Both the position numbers and the translations under genes were made by a program. A stretch of DNA of 64,000 bases from an uncultured beta proteobacterium (lineage in GTDB: Bacteria; Pseudomonadota; Gammaproteobacteria; Burkholderiales; Methylophilaceae): contig CAVPAX010000002.1 of NCBI GenBank assembly GCA_963701715.1, forward strand, positions 77,040 to 141,039, given 5' to 3'. Below, in pieces: positions 42,920-53,400 of the stretch. Under the pieces are notes generated by a model. It saw only the letters and a list, made by a program, of their open reading frames with translations, made no database searches and had not been told where the DNA came from. Positions within the stretch are counted from its first letter, which is position 1; every line of letters begins with the position of its first letter.

Positions 42920-44598
42920 TTACGCTGCTCAAAAACGTTAAATTGTATGACCCTGTGCACAACAAAAATGGTGTACTAGACGATATTTATATTTTCCAAG
43001 GGCGCATTATTTCCAAGCCTCTGAACACCGAAAAAATCAGCCAAACTTATGATTTAACTGGCAAAGTGGTAATGGCAGGCGCAATTGACATGCACAGCCA
43101 CATTGGCGGCGGCAAGGTGAATATTGCACGCATGATGTTGCCTGAATTCCAAGATAAAAAGCTTCAAGAAACGAAGAACTATAGCGAACCTGAAGCGCAT
43201 ATTTGCACACCATACTGTTCACACAACGCCACGCCCAGCACGACGGATACGGGCTTCCGCTACATCGAAATGGGTTATACCGCTGCCTTTGAGCCTGCGA
43301 TTTTGCCTATCAATGCGCGTCATGCCCATCTGGAAATGGGCGACACGCCGATGATAGATAAAGGTGGCTATGCCATGCTGGGCAACGACGATTACTTTTT
43401 ACGGCTTTTAGCGAGTCGCGCAGACCAAAAAGCCATTAACGACTACGTGGCGTGGACGCTCGCAGCAACCCAAGCCATTGGCATTAAAGTGGTCAATCCG
43501 GGGGGCATTTCGGCTTTCAAATTTAACCAGCGCAGGCTGGATTTGGATGAAAATAATGTGCATTACAAAGTGACGCCACGAGAGATTCTAAAAAGCCTAA
43601 GTAACGCAGTATATCAATTGGGCATTGCAAAACCATTGCATGTGCATTGCAACAATCTTGGGGCAGCAGGCAACTTTGAAACTACACTCAACACCATGGG
43701 TGCAAGCGAAGGTTTGCCCATGCACCTTACTCACATTCAGTTTCATAGTTATGGCACGGAAGGCGATAAGAAATTTTCATCTGCCGCAGCCCAAATCGCG
43801 GAAGCACTCAATAAAAATAAACACATTACTGCCGACGTCGGGCAGATTCTATTCGGGCAAACCGTCACCGCATCTGGCGACACCATGATGCAGCACCTGA
43901 ACGCCAAACTCGCCAACCCTAAAAAATCTGTCATCATGGATATTGAATGCGATGCCGGCTGTGGTGTTGTGCCATTTAAATATCGCGACCAGAACTATGT
44001 TAATGCGCTGCAATGGGCGATAGGCTTGGAGATTTTCCTTTCTGTCGAAGACCCTTGGCGCATATTCTTGACTACAGATCACCCGAATGGTGCACCATTT
44101 ACCAGCTACCCGCATTTGATTCGCTTGTTGATGGATAAAACCTTTAGAAACGAAACATTTGCAAAACTGAATTTGGATGCGCAAGCCATGAGCAATCTCG
44201 CATCGCTCAATCGAGAATACACTTTGTATGAAATCGCCATTATGACGCGTGCTGGTGCAGCCAAGCTCATCGGGCTGAATGACCGCGGGCATTTAGGCAT
44301 AGGCGCCGCCGCAGACATTACTATTTACACGGACCAAGCCGACCGTGAAGCCATGTTTGCTAAACCTGATTATGTATTCAAGGATGGTGAACTCGTGGTG
44401 AAAGACGGCAAAGTCATCAAAGTGGTTTGGGGCGCAACCCATACTGCCAAACCTGCGTTTGACATGCGTGTGGAACAAGGATTAAAAAAATACTTTGAAA
44501 AATACCATACTATTCAATTAGATAACTTCAAGATTTCTGATGATGAAATTACTGAGGATGGACGTGGAAAAATCATCGTTCATGATAAAACATCATGA
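42916..44598 (+). CDS. fhcA: Formyltransferase/hydrolase complex subunit A
   Basis: IDMHSHIGGGK, KVVNPGG, TTDHPNG (FwdA amidohydrolase). Confidence 0.95.
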   Translation: MITLLKNVKLYDPVHNKNGVLDDIYIFQGRIISKPLNTEKISQTYDLTGKVVMAGAIDMHSHIGGGKVNIARMMLPEFQDKKLQETKNYSEPEAHICTPYCSHNATPSTTDTGFRYIEMGYTAAFEPAILPINARHAHLEMGDTPMIDKGGYAMLGNDDYFLRLLASRADQKAINDYVAWTLAATQAIGIKVVNPGGISAFKFNQRRLDLDENNVHYKVTPREILKSLSNAVYQLGIAKPLHVHCNNLGAAGNFETTLNTMGASEGLPMHLTHIQFHSYGTEGDKKFSSAAAQIAEALNKNKHITADVGQILFGQTVTASGDTMMQHLNAKLANPKKSVIMDIECDAGCGVVPFKYRDQNYVNALQWAIGLEIFLSVEDPWRIFLTTDHPNGAPFTSYPHLIRLLMDKTFRNETFAKLNLDAQAMSNLASLNREYTLYEIAIMTRAGAAKLIGLNDRGHLGIGAAADITIYTDQADREAMFAKPDYVFKDGELVVKDGKVIKVVWGATHTAKPAFDMRVEQGLKKYFEKYHTIQLDNFKISDDEITEDGRGKIIVHDKTS

Positions 44599-45503
44599 TT
44601 ATTAACGGCGTAACAATTGACGACACCTTTGCCGAGGCATTCAACATGCGCGGTACACGCGTGCTTATTACTGCACAAAACCTGAAATGGGCTTACCACG
44701 CGGCAAATGCCATGACAGGCTTTGCCACCAGTGTGATCGGATGCGGCGTAGAAGCTGGTATAGAGCGGGAGTTAACGCCAGATGAAACTCCTGACGGCAG
44801 GTCAGGTGTAAGTATTCTCATGTTTGCTATGGGCAGTAAAGTGCTTATGCAGCAGCTGGAGACCCGCATGGGACAATGCATCCTCACCTGTCCGACTGCC
44901 GCTGCTTTTTCCGGTATGGAAGGTGAAGATCAAATCAGTTTAGGCAAACACCTGCGCTATTTTGGCGACGGCTACCAGATCTCCAAACTCATCTCGGGCA
45001 CACGTTATTGGCGTATCCCGGTGATGGATGGCGAATTTCTTGTGCAGGAAACTACAGGCATGGTGCGGGCGATTGGCGGCGGTAATTTTCTAGTGCTTGG
45101 TCAAAGCCAGTCACAAGCACTGGCGGCGTGCGAGGCCGCAATCGAAGCCATGCGCAAAGTACCAAATGTGATCATGCCCTTCCCCGGCGGGGTGGTACGT
45201 TCCGGCTCTAAAGTGGGCAGCAAATACCCCAAAATGTTTGCTTCGACTAATGACGCTTTTTGCCCAACGCTTAAAGGTCTTGTCAATACTGAATTAGATT
45301 ACGACATTGAATCTGTAATGGAAATTGTGATTGACGGTTTAAACTTTGACGATATCGCCAAAGCCATGAAAGTCGGCATAGAAGCTGCATGCAAGCTCGG
45401 CACAGCAGGCGGCATCAAACGTATTTCAGCTGGCAACTACGGCGGAAAACTTGGACCGCATCATTTCAAACTGCATGAGATTTTGGGTGAAAAAACATCA
45501 TGA
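44595..45503 (+). CDS. fhcD: Formylmethanofuran--H4MPT N-formyltransferase
   Basis: IDDTFAEAF, TPDGR, GQCILTCPT, SGSKVGS, AGNYGGKLG. Confidence 0.96.
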   Translation: MIINGVTIDDTFAEAFNMRGTRVLITAQNLKWAYHAANAMTGFATSVIGCGVEAGIERELTPDETPDGRSGVSILMFAMGSKVLMQQLETRMGQCILTCPTAAAFSGMEGEDQISLGKHLRYFGDGYQISKLISGTRYWRIPVMDGEFLVQETTGMVRAIGGGNFLVLGQSQSQALAACEAAIEAMRKVPNVIMPFPGGVVRSGSKVGSKYPKMFASTNDAFCPTLKGLVNTELDYDIESVMEIVIDGLNFDDIAKAMKVGIEAACKLGTAGGIKRISAGNYGGKLGPHHFKLHEILGEKTS

Positions 45504-46171
45504 CCGCCCTTACATTCACACAGAAAACCAATCCTGCATTCAAGCTGGACTGCAGCCGTTTAACACCAAATGAACTGATCGGACTAAGTAATGAAAAAAT
45601 TAAAAACCTTAGCCTGACTAATAGCAAGAACTCACCCAAAGTATCTGATTTTTTCGAGGTTTCAGGCGAAAATACAGAAATAATCATTTTTAAAAATCCC
45701 AGCCTTCAGCTCAATTATATCGGCCACAAAATGCGCCATGGCAGCATTATGATAGAAGGTGATTGTGGTGATTTCTTAGGCGCCAGTATGCAAGGCGGCA
45801 GCATTGTCTGCCAAGGCAACGCAGGCGACAGGGTCGGCGACTGCATGCGTCGCGGCCTGATTTTAGTTGATGGCAACGCAGGTGACTATTGCGGCAGCCG
45901 CATGATTGCTGGCACCATTGGCATATATGGCAAGGTTGGAAATTACGTCGGATTTAGCATGAAGCGCGGCACTTTGCTGCTCACCCACACGCCTCTGCAT
46001 GCTACGATTCAAGATTGCGGTATGCACACCCTGCCGTTTCTGGCGCTGTTATTTCGTGCCTTCAAGCCGCTTCCCAGTTTGTTCAGCAACATTCAGGCCA
46101 AGCGTGTGCAACGCTTTGCAGGAGATTTAGCGTGCGGTGGCAATGGCGAAATCTTAATCATTTCTCCTTAA
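45500..46171 (+). CDS. fhcC: Formyltransferase/hydrolase complex subunit C
   Basis: GXGXG beta-helix repeats (G..M.GG.I...GNAG). Confidence 0.93.
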   Translation: MTALTFTQKTNPAFKLDCSRLTPNELIGLSNEKIKNLSLTNSKNSPKVSDFFEVSGENTEIIIFKNPSLQLNYIGHKMRHGSIMIEGDCGDFLGASMQGGSIVCQGNAGDRVGDCMRRGLILVDGNAGDYCGSRMIAGTIGIYGKVGNYVGFSMKRGTLLLTHTPLHATIQDCGMHTLPFLALLFRAFKPLPSLFSNIQAKRVQRFAGDLACGGNGEILIISP

Positions 46172-46217
46172 GAGGCGCGAATGCTAAAATGACGCTTTGT
46201 GTTATTCAGTAAGTTTC

Positions 46218-47150
46218 ATGCCCAAATACCTCACCGCCGCGCTGTACAAGTTTGTTCATCTTCCAGATTATGCTACCCTGCAGCCAAATATTCATGCGGT
46301 CTGCGTGGCATGCAATATTAAAGGCACGATTTTATTGGCGAATGAAGGCATTAACGGCACTATTGCCGGCCTGCCGGATGACATTCACAAAGTACTCGAT
46401 TACTTAAGGCAAGACCCGCGTTTGGGAGATTTAGAACATAAAGAATCTTACGCTGACGAACATCCCTTTTACCGTATGAAGGTAAAACTCAAAAAAGAAA
46501 TCGTCACCATGGGTGTGGCAGATATTAACCCCAATAAGACCGTTGGCACCTACGTCAAACCAGAGGAATGGAATGCGCTGATTTCAGATCCGGACGTCAT
46601 TCTACTAGACACGCGCAATGATTATGAAGTGCATATCGGTACATTCAAAGGCGCGGTTGACCCAAAAACCACGACATTCCGCGAGTTTCCGAAGTTTGTT
46701 GAACAAAATCTGGATAAATCCAAAAACAAAAAAGTCGCCATGTTTTGCACCGGCGGCATCCGCTGCGAAAAAGCCTCATCTTTCATGAAAGAACAAGGCT
46801 TTGAAGAGGTCTACCACCTGCAAGGCGGAATTTTAAAATATCTGGAAACTGTGCCGGAAGCACAAAGCCTGTGGCAAGGCGAATGCTTTGTATTCGACCA
46901 GCGCGTGGCTGTAAAACACGGACTGGTAGTCGGCGATTACGACCAATGTTACGCCTGCCGCATGCCGCTCTCACAGGAAGAAATGCAAAGCTCACAATAC
47001 AACCCAGGCATTTCATGTCCGCACTGCTACGATAAAATTGCTGAAGAGAAAAAAGCTGCTTTAGCCGAGAGGCAAAAACAAGTGGTATTAGCTAAACAGC
47101 GCGGTGAAGTACATATAGGAGAGAAGCAAAAAAACTTAAAGCCAGAATGA
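46218..47150 (+). CDS. trhO: Rhodanese-domain tRNA uridine(34) hydroxylase
   Basis: [36 protein letters not shown]. Confidence 0.93.
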   Translation: MPKYLTAALYKFVHLPDYATLQPNIHAVCVACNIKGTILLANEGINGTIAGLPDDIHKVLDYLRQDPRLGDLEHKESYADEHPFYRMKVKLKKEIVTMGVADINPNKTVGTYVKPEEWNALISDPDVILLDTRNDYEVHIGTFKGAVDPKTTTFREFPKFVEQNLDKSKNKKVAMFCTGGIRCEKASSFMKEQGFEEVYHLQGGILKYLETVPEAQSLWQGECFVFDQRVAVKHGLVVGDYDQCYACRMPLSQEEMQSSQYNPGISCPHCYDKIAEEKKAALAERQKQVVLAKQRGEVHIGEKQKNLKPE

Positions 47151-47301
47151 AAAAAGCCAACTTCACAGGTGACTTTTTTTAAATTGGACTGGCAACAACC
47201 GATCAACCCCTATAGCCTAATAAATGTAGACACATCACTTAAGTTATAAATTAAAACACACCCTCAAATGTACCCAATAAAGCTTAATGTTGTCATTCCT
47301 A

Positions 47302-48033
47302 TTAATCTTTATTATTACTCTTAAGTAATAAAGCTTTAGCTTCTGCAATATTAGCTGCTACGTCTTTCGCTAAAGTACTATCTTCTTTGTTGATTAAAGG
47401 CTGTAGTCGCTCCCACATGCTAATTGCTTTTGCGTAATCAGTTTGATTAAACGCGATTGTGCCGGCTAACAACAATGCCTTTTGGTGGTTTGGGTCTATT
47501 TTTAGTGCCTGGCCTACTAACTCTATAGATTTAGCATCAAACTTGCTATTGTTTGTCACTGCCAACGCATCTGCATAATCTGCAAGCAATTGTGGATCAC
47601 TCGGGATTAGATTTACAGCTTTTTCAAAAGCACCAACCGCATCTTTGTGCTGTTTTAACTCTACATAACTATGCGCAAGCAACACCCAGCCATCTGCGTT
47701 TTCTGGAGACTTTTCCAACTTAGCCGCAAGTTTTTGGGCCATAACACCTAGGTCGCCCATCTCATGGCCTTCACCTATCGGCTCTACCGTCCCCATACCC
47801 GCTGGCGCCAAAGTGGTCATCGGAGCGCTTACGCTTACTGCATCTGGGTTACCGGTCTTCCAATAAAGTAAACCTGCCAAAATTGGCACCAGTATAAAAA
47901 TAGCTATTACAGGATTGGCTTTAAGACTCTTTTTGTTAAGCAGCTTATTTTCTGAAGACATGAAACTTGATGTAAAAATAATTGTTGAAACCGCACCCAA
48001 TATAAAACCAATAATTAATGAGGTAACGCTCAT
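47302..48033 (-). CDS. CcmH/CycH(CcmI)-like TPR cytochrome c maturation protein
   Basis: TM segments with LYWKTGNP, then L..KLEKSPENADGWVLLAHSY, LADYADAL and ALLLAGTIAF...Y..AI..WE (CycH C-terminal TPR pattern). Confidence 0.85.
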   Translation of the reverse strand: MSVTSLIIGFILGAVSTIIFTSSFMSSENKLLNKKSLKANPVIAIFILVPILAGLLYWKTGNPDAVSVSAPMTTLAPAGMGTVEPIGEGHEMGDLGVMAQKLAAKLEKSPENADGWVLLAHSYVELKQHKDAVGAFEKAVNLIPSDPQLLADYADALAVTNNSKFDAKSIELVGQALKIDPNHQKALLLAGTIAFNQTDYAKAISMWERLQPLINKEDSTLAKDVAANIAEAKALLLKSNNKD

Positions 48034-48138
48034 GGCTTCTCCATCTGAAAGTTAACTACGTTCATGGTTTTTAGCATGCCTGAACAGCACTGAAGTACAT
48101 AATGAAAACACAAGGAATCAGGGATAAATGATTAGTTA

Positions 48139-50328
48139 TTAAAAATCCCACCTATATCCAACAAACATGGATTCACGGGTTGATTTGATTTTTGTATCAG
48201 TATTATCATCTGAATAAGACTTCTCAAAACCAAGCTCAGCTTCTAATAATCCCGCATCAGTTAACTGATAAGAAACGCGTACATTAGGCGCCACTTTAAA
48301 AATTTTTAGGTCATTTAGGCTATTGTCGCTTTTTTGATGGTAAAAATTAAGTGAGCTCGTCACATGCCATTTAGTGCGGAACGTAGCCACATTTGCCAAA
48401 CCAAGAGTCTCGGCATAATAAGCAGGGTCATCTACATAGCTGCCATTTATTACTGCCGTATCATCAGCAAATATAACGTTAGTCCCAATCGCCTGCAGTG
48501 AATAGGTATAAGCCGTTCCAGTGCTTTTGGTAGACAAAATGCCTGGCACAAATTCAATCCCTGTGCCTCTTGTGCCAGATGTGCGATTCATGCGGACATC
48601 ACCACCCAGTTGCCACTTGGGTGTGATTTGTTTAGTAGCACCAAATAACGCTGTATCTGTGTCTGCTGTAACATCATTTACAGCCTTAATAATCTGTTTG
48701 TCAGTCATTACTTTTTGCAGACTTCCTACTGACACCACCCCTGCCACTGCGGGTATCGCGCTCTCAGCATACAAAATAGGTGACTTACGATGGTCTAGCA
48801 GAACGTTATAGGTAATATCATTATTGCCTATCCAATTGCCTTGCAACAAAGCGATATTAACTCTGTCATAAACGGTGTCGTAGTCTAGCAGACCAAACCA
48901 AGAGGTTGAATTGTTGAAATAACGCATCTCTGTGCCCAAAGCGCGCCTTTCAGTGAAGCCATCAGCATTTTGCTGAATGGCATAAACATTGCCGCTAATA
49001 TTACTAGCAGATGTCCCAAATTCTAGAGCAGTACCATAAAATTGCCGATTTGTTCTAATAGGTGAATGAGAACCATCATCCGGTACACCAGCTACACCGG
49101 TAATTCTAAAATTATCGTTAAGTGAATACTTTACAAAGCCACCATCAAATCTGCCCAGCACACCTTGCGAGTTACCTGGTTGGCGTCCCAAGCGGAACAT
49201 ATAGCCCAGAGACTTATCTTCATGATCCCAATAAGCTGCATTTAAGCGATTAATGTCTCTGAAATTATCGCCTGGCGGAAAATTGTGGGTTTGTGCATCA
49301 CGAAACACCACTTTGTCATCATACTGGTTATGGCGCCAGCGGCCTGTGATATCAAAGCTAGTTACCAAAGCAGATTGGTCAGTCAACCGATCATGAGTTT
49401 TCACCCCCGCAGTATTAGTGTCTGTTGCCGTCCGGCCACCATAGTAATACTGAGATAAGCTACCAAACACATTGGTTTGACTCACTTGGTTGATTTGTTT
49501 TTTTGTTGACACCTTGTTTTCAGCTACTTTTGCCTTACCCGCATTAATATCAGCTAGCCTAAGTTTAACCCGCAAAGCACCTTCGCTTTCTGGGTAAAGT
49601 TTTAGGTAAAGGTTGTACTCGATTTTGGCCTTAGCAAAATCTCCATTATTTTCACGCGCATTACCTACTAGTTCTTGCGCCTCTTGTGAAAATTCATTCG
49701 GCGGAAAATTTAGCAAGCGGTTAAAAATCTGTGTGGCACTTTCGTACTCTCCAGCCGCCATAGCTGCCTTGCCAGAGGTCATCAAGTGTTTTGCTGATGC
49801 GCCCTCTGGAGGTATTGCCACAGTCAGCGCAGGCTCTACAAAAGTAGCTGCAGGTTTTTCAAGCAAAGGTACACGAACAATGATACTGTGGTTATCATCG
49901 CCCAGCCTGACTTTGTAAGTGTTTATGTTGGCAAAACGAATAAGAAGCGATTTATTTGTATCGACTCGATTCTTAGTAATGTTGCAAACTGCATTACCAG
50001 TTTGCACTTTGATTATTTCAGGAAAAGTAAGCGTAAATGGTGTAATTGTGTTGGTTTTTGGTGAATTCTTTGACTCTTGCACCACCAGTTGTTCTGCCAC
50101 GCATGGGTCAGTTATATTGATTGCAATCCGTAACGTGTCACTTGGGCCCTCTGGGAAGCTACGAAGATATGTAATTGGAGTCGTAAAGTTAATCCTTATG
50201 TCGGCCTCATCACCCGCAACCACTACATCTGGCTCATCCAGTATCTGTGCAACTTCTGATTGGACTGTAACTCCCGCAAAGGCCGAACTTGCCCAAAAAA
50301 ACAGAATAAAAAGCCGCATGCTGCGCAT
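48139..50328 (-). CDS. Outer-membrane porin with N-terminal periplasmic/TPR domain (PCC3-type porin)
   Basis: Signal peptide, TPR segment, long amphipathic beta-strand C-terminal region ending YRWDF (BAM signal); directly downstream of the multiheme cytochromes. Confidence 0.8.
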   Translation of the reverse strand: MRSMRLFILFFWASSAFAGVTVQSEVAQILDEPDVVVAGDEADIRINFTTPITYLRSFPEGPSDTLRIAINITDPCVAEQLVVQESKNSPKTNTITPFTLTFPEIIKVQTGNAVCNITKNRVDTNKSLLIRFANINTYKVRLGDDNHSIIVRVPLLEKPAATFVEPALTVAIPPEGASAKHLMTSGKAAMAAGEYESATQIFNRLLNFPPNEFSQEAQELVGNARENNGDFAKAKIEYNLYLKLYPESEGALRVKLRLADINAGKAKVAENKVSTKKQINQVSQTNVFGSLSQYYYGGRTATDTNTAGVKTHDRLTDQSALVTSFDITGRWRHNQYDDKVVFRDAQTHNFPPGDNFRDINRLNAAYWDHEDKSLGYMFRLGRQPGNSQGVLGRFDGGFVKYSLNDNFRITGVAGVPDDGSHSPIRTNRQFYGTALEFGTSASNISGNVYAIQQNADGFTERRALGTEMRYFNNSTSWFGLLDYDTVYDRVNIALLQGNWIGNNDITYNVLLDHRKSPILYAESAIPAVAGVVSVGSLQKVMTDKQIIKAVNDVTADTDTALFGATKQITPKWQLGGDVRMNRTSGTRGTGIEFVPGILSTKSTGTAYTYSLQAIGTNVIFADDTAVINGSYVDDPAYYAETLGLANVATFRTKWHVTSSLNFYHQKSDNSLNDLKIFKVAPNVRVSYQLTDAGLLEAELGFEKSYSDDNTDTKIKSTRESMFVGYRWDF

Positions 50329-50408
50329 TACAACCCCTCATAACCTTATAATTATCATGCGCTTAGTATAGCAACTTAATGCAGATTAGCAACCAAATTT
50401 TATATTTT

Positions 50409-50425
50409 GTGTGATTTTTTTACAC
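50409..50425. promoter_or_regulatory. GTG-N11-CAC operator-like site upstream of the porin gene
   Basis: GTGTGATTTTTTTACAC; matches the sites at 55523 and 58584. Confidence 0.5.
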
Positions 50426-50439
50426 TCGCTTTTACCAAT

Positions 50440-53400
50440 CTACTTGTCAAACGTTTTTGTTGTATGGCAGCTACTGCAATCAGCAGTTGTTTTAGGGTGG
50501 TCACCCTCTTTACCTTTTGCAAACGTTCCGTTATGGCAGCTAGCACAACCACTAGTAATCCCCGTGTGATTCATACTTGCCCCGCTAAAGCTAGTCGTGT
50601 TCTTATGACACTGGTCACAGCTCTGTGTGCTAGGCAGGTGGTTTGAAGGCTTACCTTTAGCTGTCGTGCCGTTATGGCAACTTGCACAAGTTCCTGCAAC
50701 AACACCAGTATGATTAAACGCTGCGCCAGCAAATGACGTGGTTGATTTATGGCAAGTTTCACAACCAGCACTGGTTGCAGGATGGGTTGCAGGCTTACCT
50801 TTAGCAGTCGTGCCGTTATGGCAAGTTGCACAACCTGTCACAATGCCAGTGTGGTTCATCGTTGCGCCAGCAAACGTAGTAGTGGATTTATGGCAGGTCT
50901 CACAACCTGCGCTTGTTTGAACGTGTGCAGGAGTTTTACCTTTAGCGCTTGTACCGTTATGGCAAGTTGCACAGCCCGTCACAATGCCAGTATGACTGAA
51001 AGTAGCAGGCACCCATGCAGTGGTACGATGACAAGTATCACATGATGCAGTTGTCACAATATGATTAGCAGGCTTACCTGTAGCGGTTTTTCCATGGCAG
51101 GTTGCGCAAGAGCCAGGGGCGACGCCGGTATGGTTGAAGGTCGCTCCAGCAAATGAGGTGAAGTTTTTATGGCAGGTTTCACAGCCAGCAGTAGTGACTA
51201 TATGTGTAGCCGGCTTGCCTAATGCTGTTGCCCCGTTATGGCAAGTCGCACAGCCCGTCACGATACCTGTATGGTTCATGGTTGTGCCGGTAAAGGTTGT
51301 AGTTGATTTATGACAGGTTTCGCAACCAGCACTGGTTTGAATGTGCGTAGCAGGTTTACCTAATGCTTTAGTGCCATTATGGCAGCTGGCACAGCCAGTG
51401 GTGATGCCGGTATGGTTCATTGTGGCACCGCCAGCAAAGCTAGTTGTAGATTTATGGCAAGTCTCACAGGCCGCAGTGGTGGCAATGTGCGTCGCTGGTT
51501 TCCCCTTAGCAGTCGTACCGTTATGACAAGAAGCACAACCGGTGGAGATGCCGGTGTGATTCATCGCACCAGTGCTAAATGTTGTGGTCGATTTATGGCA
51601 AGTCTCACAGGCTGCAGTGGTGGCAATGTGCGTCGCTGGTTTCCCCTTAGCAGTCGTACCGTTATGACAAGAAGCACAACCGGTGGTGATACCGGTGTGG
51701 TTCATTGTGGCACCGGCAAAGCTTGAGGTAGACTTATGACAGGTTTCACAGGCCGCAGTGGTGGCAATGTGCGTCGCTGGTTTCCCCTTAGCGGTCGTAC
51801 CGTTATGACAAGAAGCACAACCGGTGGAGATGCCGGTGTGATTCATCGCACCAGTGCTAAATGTTGTGGTCGATTTATGGCAAGTCTCACAGGCTGCAGT
51901 GGTGGCAATGTGCGTCGCTGGTTTCCCCTTAGCAGTCGTACCGTTATGACAAGAAGCACAACCGGTGGTGATACCGGTGTGGTTCATTGTGGCACCGGCA
52001 AAGCTTGAGGTAGACTTATGGCAAGTCTCACAGGCCGCAGTGGTGGCAATGTGCGTCGCTGGTTTCCCCTTAGCAGTCGTACCGTTATGACAAGAAGCAC
52101 AACCGGTGGTGATGCCGGTGTGATTCATCGCACCAGTGCTAAATGTTGTGGTCGATTTATGGCAAGTTTCACAGGCTGCAGTGGTGGCAATGTGCGTCGC
52201 TGGTTTCCCCTTAGCGGTCGTACCGTTATGACAAGAAGCACAACCGGTGGTGATACCGGTGTGGTTCATTGTGGCACCGGCAAAGCTTGAGGTAGACTTA
52301 TGGCAAGTCTCACAGGCCGCAGTGGTGACAATATGAGTGGTAGGTTTGCCTTTGGCTTTGGTGCCGTTATGACAGCTGGCACAGCCACTGGTGATGCCGG
52401 TATGGTTCATCGCCGCACCTTTGAAGCTGGTGGTAGACTTATGGCAAGTCTCACAGGCCGCAGTGGTGACAATATGGGTGGTAGGTTTGCCTTTGGCTTT
52501 GGTGCCGTTATGACAGCTGGCACAGCCACTGGTGATGCCGGTATGGTTCATCGCCGCACCTTTGAAGCTGGTGGTTGAGCTTATGGCAGGTCTCACAGGC
52601 CGCAGTGGTGGCAATATGAGTGGTAGGTTTGCCTTTGGCTTTGGTGCCGTTATGACAGCTGGCACAGCCACTGGTGATGCCGGTATGGTTCATCGCCGCA
52701 CCTTTGAAGCTGGTGGTTGAGCTATGGCAGCTCTCACAGGCCGCGGTGGTGGCAATATGCGTCGCAGATTTAGCCTTCACATTAGCAAAGTTACCACCAT
52801 GGCAAGTCGCACAACTAGAGGTAATGCCGGTATGGTTCATCGTCGCAGGCTTGAAGGCAGTGGTCGATTTGTGACAGGTCTCACAAGCAGCAGTCGACGG
52901 TATATGAGTTGTTGGCAACCCTTTAGCGGTCGTGCCGTTATGACAGCTCGCACAGCCACTGGTGATGCCGGTGTGGTTCATCGCCGTTCCCTTGAAGCTG
53001 GTGGTGGACTTATGGCAAGTCTCACAGGCTGCGGTGGTGACAATGTGGCTGGTAGGTTTGCCCAATGTCGTCGTACCGTTATGGCAAGAAGCACAACCGG
53101 TGGTGATGCCGGTGTGGTTCATCGCTGCACCACCTTTGAAGCTGGCGGTCGATTTATGGCAAGTCTCACAGGCCGCAGTGGTGGCAATGTGCGTTGTCGG
53201 TTTCGATTTCACATTGGCGAAGTTACCACCATGGCAAGAGGCGCAACCGGTGGTGATACCGGTGTGGTTCATTACCGCACCTTTGAAGCTGGCGGTTGAT
53301 GTATGACAGCTTTCACATTTAGCGGTCGTTGGAATATGTGTAGCTGTTTTACCTTTCGCCGTCGTACCGTTATGGCAGCTCGCACAACCGGTGGTAACAC

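Noticed and set aside
41699-46171. Fwd/Fmd-like genes suggesting methanogenesis or CO2 fixation
   Set aside because: The B-A-D-C order with formyltransferase is the standard methylotroph Fhc complex for formaldehyde oxidation
47150-47300. Possible att-site duplicate of the tmRNA 3' end at the left island border
   Set aside because: No match to TGGTGGAGCAGGCGGG found by eye; only a weak imperfect hairpin at ~47150-47180
52583-52671. Apparent N-terminus MAVPAVITAPKPK... of a separate 743-aa cytochrome
   Set aside because: Out-of-frame reading of a repeat unit upstream of the frameshift; no signal peptide or RBS
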